A stretch of 64,000 bases of DNA from the human T2T-CHM13v2.0 reference genome, Homo sapiens: assembly GCF_009914755.1 (NCBI RefSeq), contig NC_060927.1; one strand, given 5' to 3'. Positions 1 through 13,619 of the stretch are shown here, in pieces. The notes beneath the pieces are model-generated. The model ran no database searches and was not told the DNA's origin. It was given only the letters and a program-made list of their open reading frames with translations. Every line of letters begins with the position of its first letter. The first letter of the stretch is position 1. The translations under genes and the position numbers were made by a program.

Positions 1-29
1 TGTGTGTGTCTGTGTGTATGTGTGTGTGT
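1..29. repeat. (TG)n microsatellite
   Basis: Imperfect TG dinucleotide run at the window start. Confidence 0.9.
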
Positions 30-1991
30 TTTCCTTACTGAAGTTACAATGCAAGAAGCATTGATTTTGCTGAATGAAAAGGTGCCGTGCTCTCAACAGA
101 AATGATAACTTGCCATTTATTATGAAATTTGACCTTGGTGGCACAGCAATGAAACTACTGAAGGGGATCAATATGATATCTTGGGGAAAAATACCATTTA
201 AAGTTAAGGTTGATGAAGGTCATTCTGTCTTATAATTCTCTCCTGTACCATTTACAGTCAGCAGTGAAAACATGAGAAAGAAAAAAGACGAATATTACTT
301 TTTTTCTATGAAAAACTTTGACCTTGGAGGAGACCTATTAGTTCAGTAGAACACAACAATGACTCTTCATAGTGGGTGGAGAACAAAAGTGTTTTGCATA
401 ATTAAATTGGGGTAGATCCCAGAAAGAAAGCATAAGAGATTTAAGGATGAGGCCAAGTACTTGGGCAGAAAGCAAAGCAAAGCTGATGTATCACACTGCA
501 TTCATGCAGAGCAAAGACATGAGAACATCATGGAGGATGAGATAAAAGTCAAAAGGAGTGAACTGAAAGTTGAAAACTGGACTTGTTTAATGGTCAAAAA
601 ATTTTATTTGTCTAGTCAACATTTTGAGATAACAAAACGTCACAGACAAACTGTCTTATTACTTTCCTAAATACTATTTTACCATGCACTAACACCACAA
701 TATGATTTTTTTAAGCTGATAAAATGCATACGTATTTATCCTTAGTGTTAAATGTAAAAATGTGAATTAAGTCTGATATCACAGGCTTGGTAGTTGTGAG
801 GTTAAAAAAGAATTAGCTTTTAAAATAAAACAATAACTTGTGTTTTCTTGATCTAATTTCTCTGAGGGTTGGAACTTCATTTTACTTCACAGTTAAATTA
901 GGTAATAACTAAAGTCTCCTCTTTTACCAAGTTGTGAATTTCATATGAAAACACTGCCTGGAATCTCTCAGTGAATAGTTCTACTCTCCATGCCTAAATT
1001 AAGTATTTGAAGTGCACCAATGTTTTAAGATCACAATTGTATTTAACGTATATAACTTCAATGTGGCAAGTGGTACCCTGGGGTTTCCCCATTTGTCTGT
1101 AACACATGCATTCATATCAAAATATGTACAAAAAGGACAAAGTAAAATCATCACATAACTATTTATTCAGGAGAACTTAATTCATTTTTTGAAGTGAAAA
1201 TGAAGTCTTATGCTGATAAAGGGGGAAAAGCATTAAGTCAATATTTGAAGAGGGAGGGTGAATACCAACTGCCAATTTGCTAATCAGCTCTCATCAATGT
1301 CCAAGATGACTGTCTTTCATTGAGAATGCATTTCAGCCTCTGTTTATTAAATTTCAGATGGTTTACTGCAACTGCCAACAAGAGAACTAATTGATGCCAA
1401 TTACAGGGTCTTTCTCAGAGGAATTGGAATGAGTCCACACGATCATTTCACACACATGACTCATCTTCCCTCAATGTAATAATGATGATTAGCCACCTTG
1501 ATACCATTATAGATAAAAATACAATCTCTGAATTGTCTTATAAGATATTTGATCTGAAGTTAAATCGAGATAATTTACTACTGGCATTGATAGAGCAAAT
1601 TTCCCAGAATTTGGATTTAATGTTAGCTTTCTCAGTATTACCATCTCTGTAGGAATGCAATATCCAGTTTCATAAGAAATAGGAATATATTTTTAAAATA
1701 TTGTGGAAATGCTACTCTTGAAAAGCCTTTTTTTAGAAAATGCAAAAATAACACAAGCTGTGCTACTATAACACACATGTCTGACTTAACAACACAAAAA
1801 AGCATGTTAATCTAATTCTGAATGACAATTGCTATTTATGCTGTTGCTTTTTCTAATGTAAACAACTGATCACTTCTCCAGAAGTCAATGTCCTGCCTCC
1901 CTAAAGCCCACTGAAATCCTCTCTTCTATTTAAAAGCTATTATACAACTCCACAGCATCATATTTTATTTATTCTTATAGGTAAGGAAGTG

Positions 1992-2118
1992 GGACAGGCA
2001 TAATGGCTCACACCTATAATCCCAGTACATTGGGAGGCTGAGATGGGAGGATTGCTTGAGGACAGGAGTTTGAGACCAGCCTGGGCAACATAGTAAGATG
2101 CCATCCTTTAAAAAAAAA
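1992..2118 (+). mobile_element. Free left Alu monomer (FLAM_C-like)
   Basis: ggctcacacctataatcccag...gaggattgcttgag...accagcctgggcaacatag then an A tail; single monomer. Confidence 0.85.
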
Positions 2119-2228
2119 TGGAATTCTTACATTGCAAAAAGAAAATCTCTTCTTTACATATTCTTAATTAAAAAAAATGGTAGGATTATGCCTTAAAATG
2201 AACTAGGAGAACAGAGGATAAACTCTAT

Positions 2229-2360
2229 CATTTATTGGTGCTAGGATATACCAGACTTTGCACTAAGTATTTTATGTATTTTTTCTAATTTAATCCTCAG
2301 AGTATCTTTGTATTGTAGATGTAATGATTCCTTCTCAAGAATGAAGAAATGGAAACTAAT
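2229..2360 (-). mobile_element. MIR SINE fragment
   Basis: atttattg...gcactaagtattttatgtatt...tttaatcctca...gaagaaatggaaact resembles the reverse-complement MIR core. Confidence 0.5.
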
Positions 2361-2949
2361 TCTCTGGTAGCACCATTATGCCAAAAAGGATACAACATGG
2401 AAATGAAAGGAGACCTGGAAGGGATGACTATGAAGTTCATATGGTGAATGACTTTGTTCTGAGTATACGCGCTTTTCATATGAGTCAAAATAATTTTATA
2501 TATATGTTTAAGTTCATATAATAAGAAACTAGAGCTCTTTGTTTTTTACTTAAAAATATATGAAGAAATTGAACCTATTTATTTTGTTTCTACATACAAT
2601 ATAACATTTGGTTCAAAGATTGGCAGTTTTTCAGCTAAGTAAAATTATTGTTTTTTAATTCGTTATCCCACTATCACCTAAAAGTCACCTTGAGAACACA
2701 ATATACATATCCGAGGTCTGGTTTTAAAAAAACAGAAGAGCCAAAAATCTAAATTTCCAAACATTTAGAAGGGAAGAAGATAATCTTGGAAATCAAAGGT
2801 GGTCAGTATTACCAGAAAAGTAAAGAGATTATCAAAAATCACTGACAACATGACAGAATTGGCCTACACATTACAATGATCATTCTTCCTACCTCGAATC
2901 CACTGAAAGTTTTGTTTCTTTTTTTGTGGGTTTCAGATGAATTTGGAGC

Positions 2950-3168
2950 ACTGAAATACCTTGTTTCTCTCTGGACTGACATATACTTTATTCTACAGAA
3001 CAAACTCCTCCTGATGATAACATGGTATGAACTCTCTTACTATGATCAGCATCACAGAACTGAAATACCTTGTTTCTCTCTGGACTGGCATATACTTTAT
3101 TCTACAGAATAAACTCCTCCTGATAACAACATTGTGTGAACTCTCTTACTATGATCAGCATCACAGAA
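2950..3168. repeat. 109-bp tandem duplication (2 copies, ~6 mismatches)
   Basis: actgaaataccttgtttctctctggactg...ctctcttactatgatcagcatcacagaa occurs at 2950 and 3059. Confidence 0.95.
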
Positions 3169-3289
3169 TCTATAACTTCTGTAGTGGTAAACTTTAATTC
3201 ACCATTTTAAAAGATGCATTAAAGATTTAATGGTTAACATTTACTTAAAAAGTAATTCATTTATAGCATATTAATAAACTCTCTGATAG

Positions 3290-3650
3290 GGTATTAGTCA
3301 ATTTTCATACTGCTATGAAGAAATACCCAAGACTGGGTGATTCATAAAGAAAAAGAAGTTTAATGGATTCACAGTTCTACATGGCTGAGGGGACCTCACA
3401 ATCATGACAGCAAGCAAAGCAGGAGCAAAGGCACATCTTACATGGTGGCAGGTAAGAGAGCATGTGCAGAGGAACTACCCTTTATAAAACCATCAGATCT
3501 CATGAGACTTATTCACTATCCTGAGACCAGCATGGGAAAAATCCACCTCTGTGATTAAATTACCTTCCACTGGGTCCTTCCCATGACATGTGGGGATTAT
3601 GGGAGCTACAATTCAAGATGAGATTTGGGTGGGGACACAGCCAACCCAGA
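3290..3650 (-). mobile_element. THE1 (THE1C-like) MaLR solo LTR
   Basis: gtattagtc...aagaaatacccaagactgggt...gagatttgggtggggacacagccaa is the reverse-complement THE1 LTR. Confidence 0.9.
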
Positions 3651-5554
3651 TAGATATTACTCTTTTTCATGCACCTAAAATAGGTTTTAATTTTTTTAAA
3701 TTTAAGAATATTAAGAATAACCTTGTAGCCCTAAAGTTTCACTAGTGAGGAACTCAAATAAATTACAGTTTATACTTACCTACCTGCCTCATCCTTTTAA
3801 AGTAGTTCCAAAGTATCTTAATAATGAAACAAGTATGTCCAGATCATCTACCCTGTTCCTAAAAGGAAAATAGTGGACAAGCAAATGAGCAAAAATAGCA
3901 AAAGTTTAAGAAAGATCATTGCATGCAGTCCCAATTACCTAGTCCCAAGACATTGCAAAGTCACATTGAATGAAAATGGATGAACTATACTTTTGGAAAC
4001 CTACATCAACTATTGCCACATCTGAAAATTTACCCATTGCATCAGTTTTACAGATTTAAATTTGTCACAACAGCAACAAAATCAAAAACAACAAAATAGA
4101 ACTATGTATCTTTGACTTTAATCCTGATATTACTAAATGTATTCACAGAAACAGTCTGTCTATTCTGCTGTTTGCTTGTTATTGGCAGGTTTTTCCACCT
4201 AATTTTCTGTTAATTTCAAGCTTAAAAGCAAGCAATTTCTTTGGCCTGAGAACCCCCGCACAAGTAAAATGAAAAACGGTGCAGGAATACAAAGGATTTA
4301 CTTAACAAGAGTCTAATGAAATCTGATAAACCTTTCTAGGAATTTCAGGATAATTTTCTCATTAATTAAGATCAAATATAGAAACACATGCCAAGGGATT
4401 TCAAATGTTATGTTAATAAGAGCATGGAATTTTCTGATGTCTCCCTAGATAAGAAAAATAAGGTTATAGTGTAGAGATTTTCTTTCTTTAAATGCCATCA
4501 AATGCAACCTTGGGTGCATGAATGAATGAAAGGTATAAACAACTGAATGAAGTTTATACTTAGAACAAGAAAAGTGTTTAATTATTTTAAAATGCTTTTT
4601 GAAATATCAAATGTCATATCAGAGCTGAATAAAATTATTTTCCCCTAAGCCTATTTTCTAAAAGATATGTATCAGACATTTTATATTGTATCTAAAAGCT
4701 TTTCTTATATAAAAATATTATAAAATGTCTGTAGAGAATGGAGCCCTAACATGTTGGTGATCTCATTTTTAACTGTATAATTTATACATTGGGAATTTGA
4801 CAGGAAGAAAAATCTTTCAGTGTTGTAGTAGAACATCATTTTGAATGTCAAAAAATTCTCAGAGGACTTGGTAACAAGAGCCATTCAGTACAAAAAAAAG
4901 AAGATACTTGTCTAGGAGATTTCTGTCAGAATTAACTTAAAATACTCACATACTCTGGTATTACTACCTCGCATCCAGATGTTTCAACAGAATCTTTTAC
5001 TTCTAAACAACCTCAACAGGAGATGAACATTGTGCCAATAAATATCTAAGGTCTGAAATAATCACTCTTAGCTGGCTAAATCAATACAATAAAGAGAACT
5101 ATTAGTTCAAATGAGGGAAGGAAAAACAGGGATTGTATGAAATACTGTAGGAATTTGCAAGCTAGTAGTAATCTAAATATCATAAATAAGGATCAACCAA
5201 GTGAACTGATTATTGAACTCATTTATTACAAAATGGGCAGCTTAGTTTTAGACAATACTTTAATCATCAATCCACAGCCTATGCAAATCTTACTTCTAAC
5301 TTATAAATGAATACATGATATAAATATATTTTTCTCCAAAATACTGTAATGAGAATTCACATCCTCTTCTCATTAAAAATTATTAAAATATATCTTATGT
5401 ACTTGACATATTTGGTAATGCTTTATGTAGAAGTAGCTGAGACCCACCTGCTTTTCTTATAATTTAGGGAAGAAAGTTCAAAATTAACAGAGGATATTTT
5501 TAATTGAATGAAAAGAGAGAACATTTCAGTATACAATGATGAAATGATAGACAT

Positions 5555-5839
5555 AGCAAGGCCTGCTTGTTTAGATTCCTGTTGTGTCCTGAGTCTTTAA
5601 AGATAAGGATGCTCTGTTCTCCCAGGTAGAGGGAAAGCACTTATCACATTAGGGTGTGATGACCTGGTTCAGGAGAAGCTCAGAAATTTCTTCCTAGGTT
5701 CTATGACCTGGTTCAGTGGAAAAGGGTTGGAGAAGGTCAGAGATTTTCCTGCACAGGATGATTTTCAGATTTCTTCATTTTAAATATTCAATATGCCAAG
5801 GTGCCACATTTTGAGATAGCATGTCCTGAACAGCATCAA
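5555..5839 (-). mobile_element. MER31-like ERV1 LTR fragment
   Basis: Ends atattcaatatgccaaggtgccacattttgagatagcatgtcctgaacagcatca; similar to the copy at 37180-37738. Confidence 0.65.
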
Positions 5840-6191
5840 TGTCTATTAAATTCATCATAATGATAACTACAATTAAGTATCTACTACAGAAGACACAGTA
5901 GGCTAAGCACTTTAAATATACTTTAATCCACACAATACAGAACATTTCGTATTAAACCAATTGTAGAGACGTACAGAGCAAGTTGTGGAAGTGATAAAAC
6001 AACACTTTATCCCAGTTAAATAGAAGGCATTAAAGCAGGGATTGTAACCAACACTCTCTGACTCCAAATCCCAAGTTCTTTTCACGTTATGCTGCTTCTC
6101 ACAATTACTTATTCCACAAATATTTATGGCTTCTCTAGTGCGAATCAGACATTGTGTTAGGTGCCAGGTACTACGCTACGTGCTAAAATCT

Positions 6192-6569
6192 TGATATGGT
6201 CTGGCTCTGTGTCCCCACTCAAATCTCATCTTGAATTGTAATCTGAATTGTAATCCCCATGTGTAGGGAAAGGGATGTCTTGGGAGGTAATTAGATCATG
6301 GAGGCAGTTCCCCCATGCTGTTCTCATAATAGTGGGTGAGTTCTCATGAGATCTGATTGTTTCATAAGGGGTTTTTCTCCACTTCACTCTGCACTTCTCA
6401 CTCCTGCCAACTTGTGAAGAAGGATGTGTTTGCTTTTTCTTCCACCATGATTGGAAGTTTCCTGAGGTCTCCCCAGTCATGTGGAACTGTGAGTCAATTA
6501 AAACTCTTTTCGTTATGAATTATGCATTCTCAGTATTTCTTCATAGCAGTGTGAGAACAGACTAATATA
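6192..6569 (+). mobile_element. THE1 (THE1D-like) MaLR solo LTR
   Basis: tgatatggtctggctctgtgtccccactcaaatctcatcttgaattgta...agcagtgtgagaacagactaatata. Confidence 0.9.
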
Positions 6570-6614
6570 AAGCTGAAGAGGCGGAATGTATGCAAAATAG
6601 TATACACTTTATCA

Positions 6615-6890
6615 TGAGACAAATTTGAATTTAAATCCAGATCTGCTCTTTGGCCACTCACTATATGACCATAGGCTGATTATGTACTTCTTGCAGTCTT
6701 GGTTTCTCCTCTATAAAATGGAAATGGCAGCAGGATCTTTTTCATTTGTTGCTATAAAGATTATTTTTATGAGCATCAAGTACCTAGCACAGTGCCAGGC
6801 ACATAGTATACAGACACAAAGCAATATCTGTTATTATTGGTACTTCATAGAATTTTTCTGAAGATTAAATGAGTTAACATCAATTTCTTA
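6615..6890 (+). mobile_element. MIR SINE fragments
   Basis: gtttctcctctataaaatgg...tacctagcacagtgccaggcacatagta; gattaaatgagttaa. Confidence 0.7.
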
Positions 6891-7262
6891 GCACATCAAA
6901 TATATTAGTTTTAACCTTTACCACGTACTAGAGAAAGACATAGTGCATACCTCTTGGGCCAAATAATTCTGGTTTTCTGTGATGTTGAAACCCACAGATA
7001 ATTAACAGGAAATTATAGACGTAGCCTAATGAAAACATAGTTATTATTGACTAAACTGCTTATGAATCCAGTCTGGGTTTTGTGGGTTATATGGCAATAA
7101 ATAAGCAAAATCGTCACCAGCAAGAGGTCCTTCTGCTCAAGAAAAAAATAGTTCTTGCTTTTTTGTCTAATATGTCAAAACCAGAAAGACCAAGTTTACT
7201 ATCTTTGGATTTTGTAAATGATAAATATTTATTGAATGGATGTATGATTCTTCCTTCAAGAT

Positions 7263-7281
7263 CTTTCTCCCTCTCTCTCTT

Positions 7282-7313
<32 letters not shown>
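7263..7313. repeat. (TC)n(TG)n compound microsatellite
   Basis: ctctctctctttttc followed by a long TG run. Confidence 0.9.
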
Positions 7314-7377
7314 ACCAAATTAGTCTAACTCAAGAGGAAAACACATATAAGAGAAAGAGCAGATAAGGAAAAAGAAT

Positions 7378-7915
7378 TGTGAAGATACCAAAATATGCTA
7401 TCCCAAAATATGCCTCTTTGGCATCTGGAATATTTTGAGCTAAAGGCTATTGAAAAGCAGCAAACCTAGGAAAAGCTCCAAAAACAGGGCACAAGTTTTT
7501 TCTATAAAGAAAAGTCTTATTTGGAAAAGGTAGCTCTCTCTCCTGTACCAGAAACAGGAAGACTCTTAACAATTCTTATCAAAGGAGAAAGCACCAATGA
7601 AAATCTGCATAAAAATATTATTAAATGGCCCTTATTTAACATACTTTTTTAGTCACCTTTCCATAACTCGCCTCTTCCATATGAAGACCAAAACTCCTTT
7701 TCCTTTGTCTAGCCTAAGGTGGTATATAAGCCCAAGTTCTAACCACCCCTTGGGGTTTCTCCTCATTGAGTGCTCTCATGTGTATGTACAAGGCACATCT
7801 TACTAAACTTTGTTTGTTTTTCTCTTGTTAGTTTGTCTTTGGTCAGTCTAATTTTCAGAGTCCCAGCCAGAGAACCTAAGATGGATAAAGAAAAAAGATT
7901 GTTTTTCCTCCTTCA
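7378..7915 (+). mobile_element. MER34-family ERV1 solo LTR
   Basis: Starts tgtgaagataccaaaatatgctatcccaaaatatgcctctttggcat; ends gtttttcctccttca. Confidence 0.75.
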
Positions 7916-8321
7916 GAGTTGGATAGAAAAAAGCCACAGTTTGACCTTAGGAAAATTCTTGTCTCTTAACTTGTTGCAATCAGTAAAAGTTGTTTGGTTC
8001 TGGATGGTTGTGATCCCAAAGTAATGGAAAATCTCTGGCAAAGTGTTGGAAAAACAGAGTCTAAACCTGACTTTGCTGTATCTCTTCATTTCTGTGAGCC
8101 CCTTCTGTGAGAATAATAATAATGTCTAGCAAGTACTGAGCAATTACCATGTCAATCTCTTTATATCTATGTAATCATTTAATCCTGTAAACAATGAGAT
8201 GGATACAGATGAGGGGCCATTGGTAGTGGGAATTTTTTTCAAACATTTTGTTTCAAAGCTAGTTTGCACTAGAATCTGGATTACAACCAAGAGATTCCAG
8301 CAGTAGAGTTTCATCCTCAAC

Positions 8322-9176
<855 letters not shown>

Positions 9177-10529
9177 ACCAATACACTATGTGTAAAAATG
9201 AAAGAATCAGTCTAGGTGGGCTCAAGGACTCCCTTCCAACACCAGCATTCTTTGTGCTTATGTTGGGTATGAAAAAGATGACAACAAAATTGACTGCCTA
9301 CAAGTATGGGAATTATTTTAGCTCACAAACATGACGCTTCACAAAAAACAAATTCTGTTTTTCAGATGTAACAAATAGGGATAGAATACTTAATTCTTAA
9401 TAATAATTTTCATAGGATAACTTTTGTTTTACTTTCAAAGCAGAAATCAAACTCTTCTCCTAAGGGATATTCTTATCCTTCTAATAGAATTTTTATTGGT
9501 AAATGATTTCTCTTCCTACAGATCTTTTTCTTTATGTCAATATGATGTTTTTTTGTTATAGATTTAAAACATTGTGTTGTATTTTTTGTTTGTTCATTGT
9601 TTGTTAGCCCCTGGCAATATTTACAAGATTGAGAAAAAATACAGTCCCTAGCAGTGTGGCTTATCATCTCAAAGACAACACTAACACATGCATATTCCAC
9701 ACACAGACACACATACATACATCCTCCTCATAAATGACTCAATCCAGAGTTTCAGATGCTAAAGTCTAACAGTTGCCACCATTGACATTTTCAGCCAGGG
9801 AGGGGAGAGGGTGTCATTCTCTCTTTATTCATTTTCGCTTTTATTATGTAACTGTATAATGTGAGTGAAACCTGTATTTTAAAAGGAAAGAAAGGGGTAG
9901 CCTATTCACGCTCTCTAGGTGTATGCAAACCACTTGAAACCAATTAGGTGTCAACAGAATTGTTAATTATCCTGGGGTCACCAACTTTTGTGAAGCCTTT
10001 CAGAGTAAAGGGGAGGTGTGGTTTAGCACACAGCAGGTTCAAACAACCCTCTAATTGACAAATTTTATACTCAGCAGTTGGGTTGGCTGGAGAGGTTAAA
10101 TCACAGTTACTCTCCTTCACAGGAGAACATGGATAGACCATTATGTTTAATATTCATTCATTTATGAAACAAAGATTTATTGATTTGCTGGTTTTAACTT
10201 TAGAGTTTGGCTACCAGTGGTTAATAATAGGTCACTGCCCTATGAATATTTCTTTCTGAGAGATACTCTCACTTTGCAATTTACAAATAACTAATTCAGA
10301 GAAACCGATTGTAGGATACATCAGAAAACTCTAAGTCTAGAGACTTCTAGAGCATAGGCTGCTTTGTTTCCTAATTCTGAACCTGAAAAGTCAAGGTGCT
10401 GTACATTTACTTAGGCTAAAGAATTAACAGTCTTCATAAGCACAGCCCCACACCCATAAAACACCAGCTTTCTCCATCTACATTTTTAATTCCAAGATTC
10501 CCATTCCCCTTTGAAGAAGCCACCATCAC

Positions 10530-10982
10530 TGTCAGGCCTCTGAGCCCAAGCCAAGCCATCACATCCCCTGTGACTTGCACGTATACGCCCAGATGGCATG
10601 AAGTAACTGAAGAATTACAAAAGAAGTGAATATGCCCTGCCCCACCTTAACTGATGACATTCCACCACAAAAGAAGTGAAAAAGGCCAGTCCTTGCCTTA
10701 ACTGATGACATGACCTTGTGAAAGTCCTTTTCCTGGCTCATCCTGGCTCAAAAAGCTCCCCCACTGAGCACCTTGCGACCCCCACTCCTGCCCGCCAGAG
10801 AACAAACCCCCTTTGACTGTAATTTTCCTTTACCTACCCAAATCCTATAAAACGGCCCCACCCTTATCTCCCTTCGCTGACTCTCTTTTCGGACTCAGCC
10901 CGCCTGCACCCAGGTGAAATAAACAGCCATGTTGCTCACACAAAGCCTGTTTGGTGGTCTCGTCACACGGACGTGCATGAAA
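10530..10982 (+). mobile_element. HERV-H 5' LTR (LTR7, type I)
   Basis: tgtcaggcctctgagcccaagccaagcc start; two 50-bp U3 repeats; TATAAAA 10846; GCCCCACCC box; AATAAA 10918; ends gcatgaaa. Confidence 0.97.
10846..10863 (+). promoter_or_regulatory. LTR7 core promoter (TATA box plus GC/GT box)
   Basis: tataaaacggccccaccc at the expected position in U3. Confidence 0.8.
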
Positions 10983-10984
10983 TT

Positions 10985-11002
10985 TGGTGCCGTGACTCAG
11001 AT
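10985..11002 (+). other. Primer binding site, tRNA-His
   Basis: tggtgccgtgactcagat, one mismatch to TGGTGCCGTGACTCGGAT. Confidence 0.95.
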
Positions 11003-11125
11003 CGGGGGACCTCCCTTGGGAGATCAATCCCCTGTCCTCCTGTTCTATGCTCCATGAGAAAGATCCACCTACGACCTCAGGTCCTCAGACCGACCAGCCC
11101 TAGGAACATCTCACCAATTTTAAAT

Positions 11126-11134
11126 CAGGTAAGC
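11126..11134 (+). promoter_or_regulatory. HERV-H major splice donor
   Basis: cag|gtaagc about 145 nt downstream of the LTR. Confidence 0.8.
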
Positions 11135-11582
11135 GGCCTCTTCTTACTCTCTTCTCCAACCTCTCTCACTGTCCCTCAACCACTTTCTCCTTTCCACTCT
11201 TCAATCTCTCCCTTCTCTTAATTTCAAATCCTTTCATTTTCTGGGAGAGACAAAGGAGACACGTTTTATCCGTGGACCCAAAACTCTGGTGCCAGTCATG
11301 GACTGGGAAGGCAGCCTTCCCTTGGTGTTTAATCATTGCAGGGACGCCTCTCTGATTATTCACCCATGGTTCAAAGGTGTCAGACCACGCAGGGATGCCT
11401 GCCTTGGTCCTTCACCCTTAGCGGCAAGTCCCGCTTTTCTGGGAAAGGGGCAAGTACCCCAACCCCTTCTCTCCTTGTCTCTACCCCTTCTCTGCTTTTC
11501 TGGGGGAGGGGCAAGTACCCCTCAACCCCTTCTCCTTCACTCTTAGCTGCAAGTCCTGCTTTTCTAGAGGAGGGGCAAGTAC

Positions 11583-11915
11583 CCCTACCTTGTATCTCTG
11601 CACCCCAATCCCTTATTTCCACACCCCAACCTCATATCTCTGTGCCCCAATCCCTTATTTCCATGCCCTGACCCCTTATTTCTGTGCTCCTACCCCTTAT
11701 TTCCATGACGCAACCCCTTATTTCTGCACCCCGACCCCTTATTTCTGTTCCCCATCCCTTATTTCCATGCCCCGACCTCTTATTTCTGTGCCCAATCCCG
11801 TATTTCCATGCCCCAACCTCTTATATCTCTGTGCCCCAATCCCTTATTTCCACACCCCGACCTCTTATTTCTGTGCCCCATCCCTTATTTCCGTGCCCTG
11901 ACCTCTTTGTGCCCC
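11583..11915 (+). repeat. ~21-bp tandem repeat in HERV-H leader (~15 units)
   Basis: Recurring cccc(aa/ga)(t/c)cccttatttc(c/t)...gc units. Confidence 0.9.
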
Positions 11916-12702
11916 AAACCCTTTTCCCACTTTTCTGGAAGGTAAGAACCCCCAAACCCCTTCCCTCCTTTCTCTACTCTCTCTTTTCTCTAGGCTTGCT
12001 TCCTTCACTATAGGCAAACTTGCACCCTCCATTCCTCCTTCTACTCCCTTGGCCTGTGTTCTCAAAAACTTAAAGCCTCTTCAACTCACACCTGACCTAA
12101 AACCTAACTGCCTTATTTTCTTCTGCAATGCTGCTTGACCCCAATACAAACTTGACAGTAGTTCCAAATAGCCAGAAAATGGCACTTTGAATTTTTCCAT
12201 CCTGCAAGATCTAAATAATTCTTGTCATAAAATAGGCAAATGGTCTGAGGTGCCTGATGTCCAGGCATTCTTTTACACATCAGTCCCTTCCTAGTCTCTG
12301 TGCCCAGTGCAACTCGTCCCAAATCTTCCTTCTTTCCCTCCCGCCTGTCTCCTCAGTACCAACCCCAAGCATCGCTGAGTCTTTCTAATCTTCCTTTTCT
12401 GCAGACCCATCTGACCTCTCCCTTACTCCCCAGGCTGCTCCTCGCCAGGCCAAGCTAGGTCCCAATTCTTCCTCAGCCTCTGCTCCTCCACCCTATAATC
12501 TTTTTATCACCTCCCCTCCTCACACCTGGTCTGGCTTACAGTTTTGTTCCATGACTAGCCCTCCCCCTCCTGCCCAGCAATTTACTCTTAAAAAGGTGGC
12601 TGGAGCTAAAGGCATAGTCAAGGTTAATGCTCCTTTTTCTTTATCCCAAATCAGACAGCGTTTAGGCTCTTTTTCATCAAATATAAAAATCCAGCCCAGT
12701 TC

Positions 12703-13045
12703 ATGACTTGTTTGGCAGCAACCCTGAGACACTTTACAGCCCTAGACCCAAAATTGGAATCTGGCCCTCAAACCCCACAACAGGACTTAATTAACCTCAC
12801 CTTCAAGGTGTACAATAACAGAAAAAAGTTGCAATTCCTTGCCTCCACTGCGAGACAAACCCCAGCCACATCTCCAGCACACAAGAACTTCCAAACGCCT
12901 GAACCGCAGCGGCCAGGCATTCCTCCAGAACTTCCTCCCCCAGGAGCTTGCTACACGTGCCGGAAATCTGGCCACTGGGCCAAGGAATGCCCTGCAGCCC
13001 GGGATTCCTCCTAAGCTGCGTCCCATCTGTGTGGGACCCCACTGA
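12703..13045 (+). pseudogene. gag: HERV-H gag relic (nucleocapsid zinc knuckle)
   Basis: CYTCRKSGHWAKEC fits CX2CX4HX4C; fragmented by frameshifts and deletions. Confidence 0.9.
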
Positions 13046-13200
13046 AATCGGACTGTTCAACTCACCTGGCAGCCACTCCCAGAGCCCCTGGAACTCTGGC
13101 CCAAGGCTCTCTGACTGACTCCTTCCCAGATCTTCTCGGCTTAGCGGCTGAAGACTGACACTGCCCGATCGCCTCGGAAGCCCCCTAGACCATCACAGAT

Positions 13201-13500
13201 GCTGAGCTTCAGGTAACTCTCACAGTGGAAGGTAAGCCCGTCCCCTTCTTAATCAATACGGAGGCTACCCACTCCACATTACCTTCTTTTCAAGGGCCTA
13301 TTTCCCTTGCCTCCATAACTGTTGTGGGTATTGACGGCCAGGCTTCTAAACCTCTTAAAACTCCCCAACTCTGGTGCCAACTTAGACAATACTCTTTTAA
13401 GCACTCCTTTTAGTTATCCCCACCTGCCCAGTTCCCTTATTAGGCTGAGACACTTTAACTAAATTATCTGCTTCCCTGAGTATTCCTGGACTACAGCTAT
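13201..13500 (+). pseudogene. pro: HERV-H protease relic
   Basis: VEGKPVPFLINTEATHSTL with the catalytic DTGA decayed to NTEA; stops downstream. Confidence 0.85.
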
Positions 13501-13619
13501 ATCTCATTGCCACCTTTCTTCCCAATCCAAAGCCTCCTTTGCGTCCTCCTCTTGTATCTCCCCACCTTAACTCACAAGTATAAGATACCTCTACTCCCTC
13601 CTTGGCGACCAATCACACA

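Noticed and set aside
3005-3070. Box C (TGATGA) ... box D (CTGA) arrangement suggesting a C/D snoRNA
   Set aside because: It arises only across the duplication junction, has no terminal stem, is short, and box C is altered in copy 2.
2950-3168. CRISPR-like repeat
   Set aside because: Two contiguous 109-bp copies with no spacers and no cas genes, in primate DNA.
11336-12065. Pro-rich ORFs of ~100-110 aa in the HERV-H leader
   Set aside because: They are by-products of the 21-bp minisatellite and have non-ATG starts.
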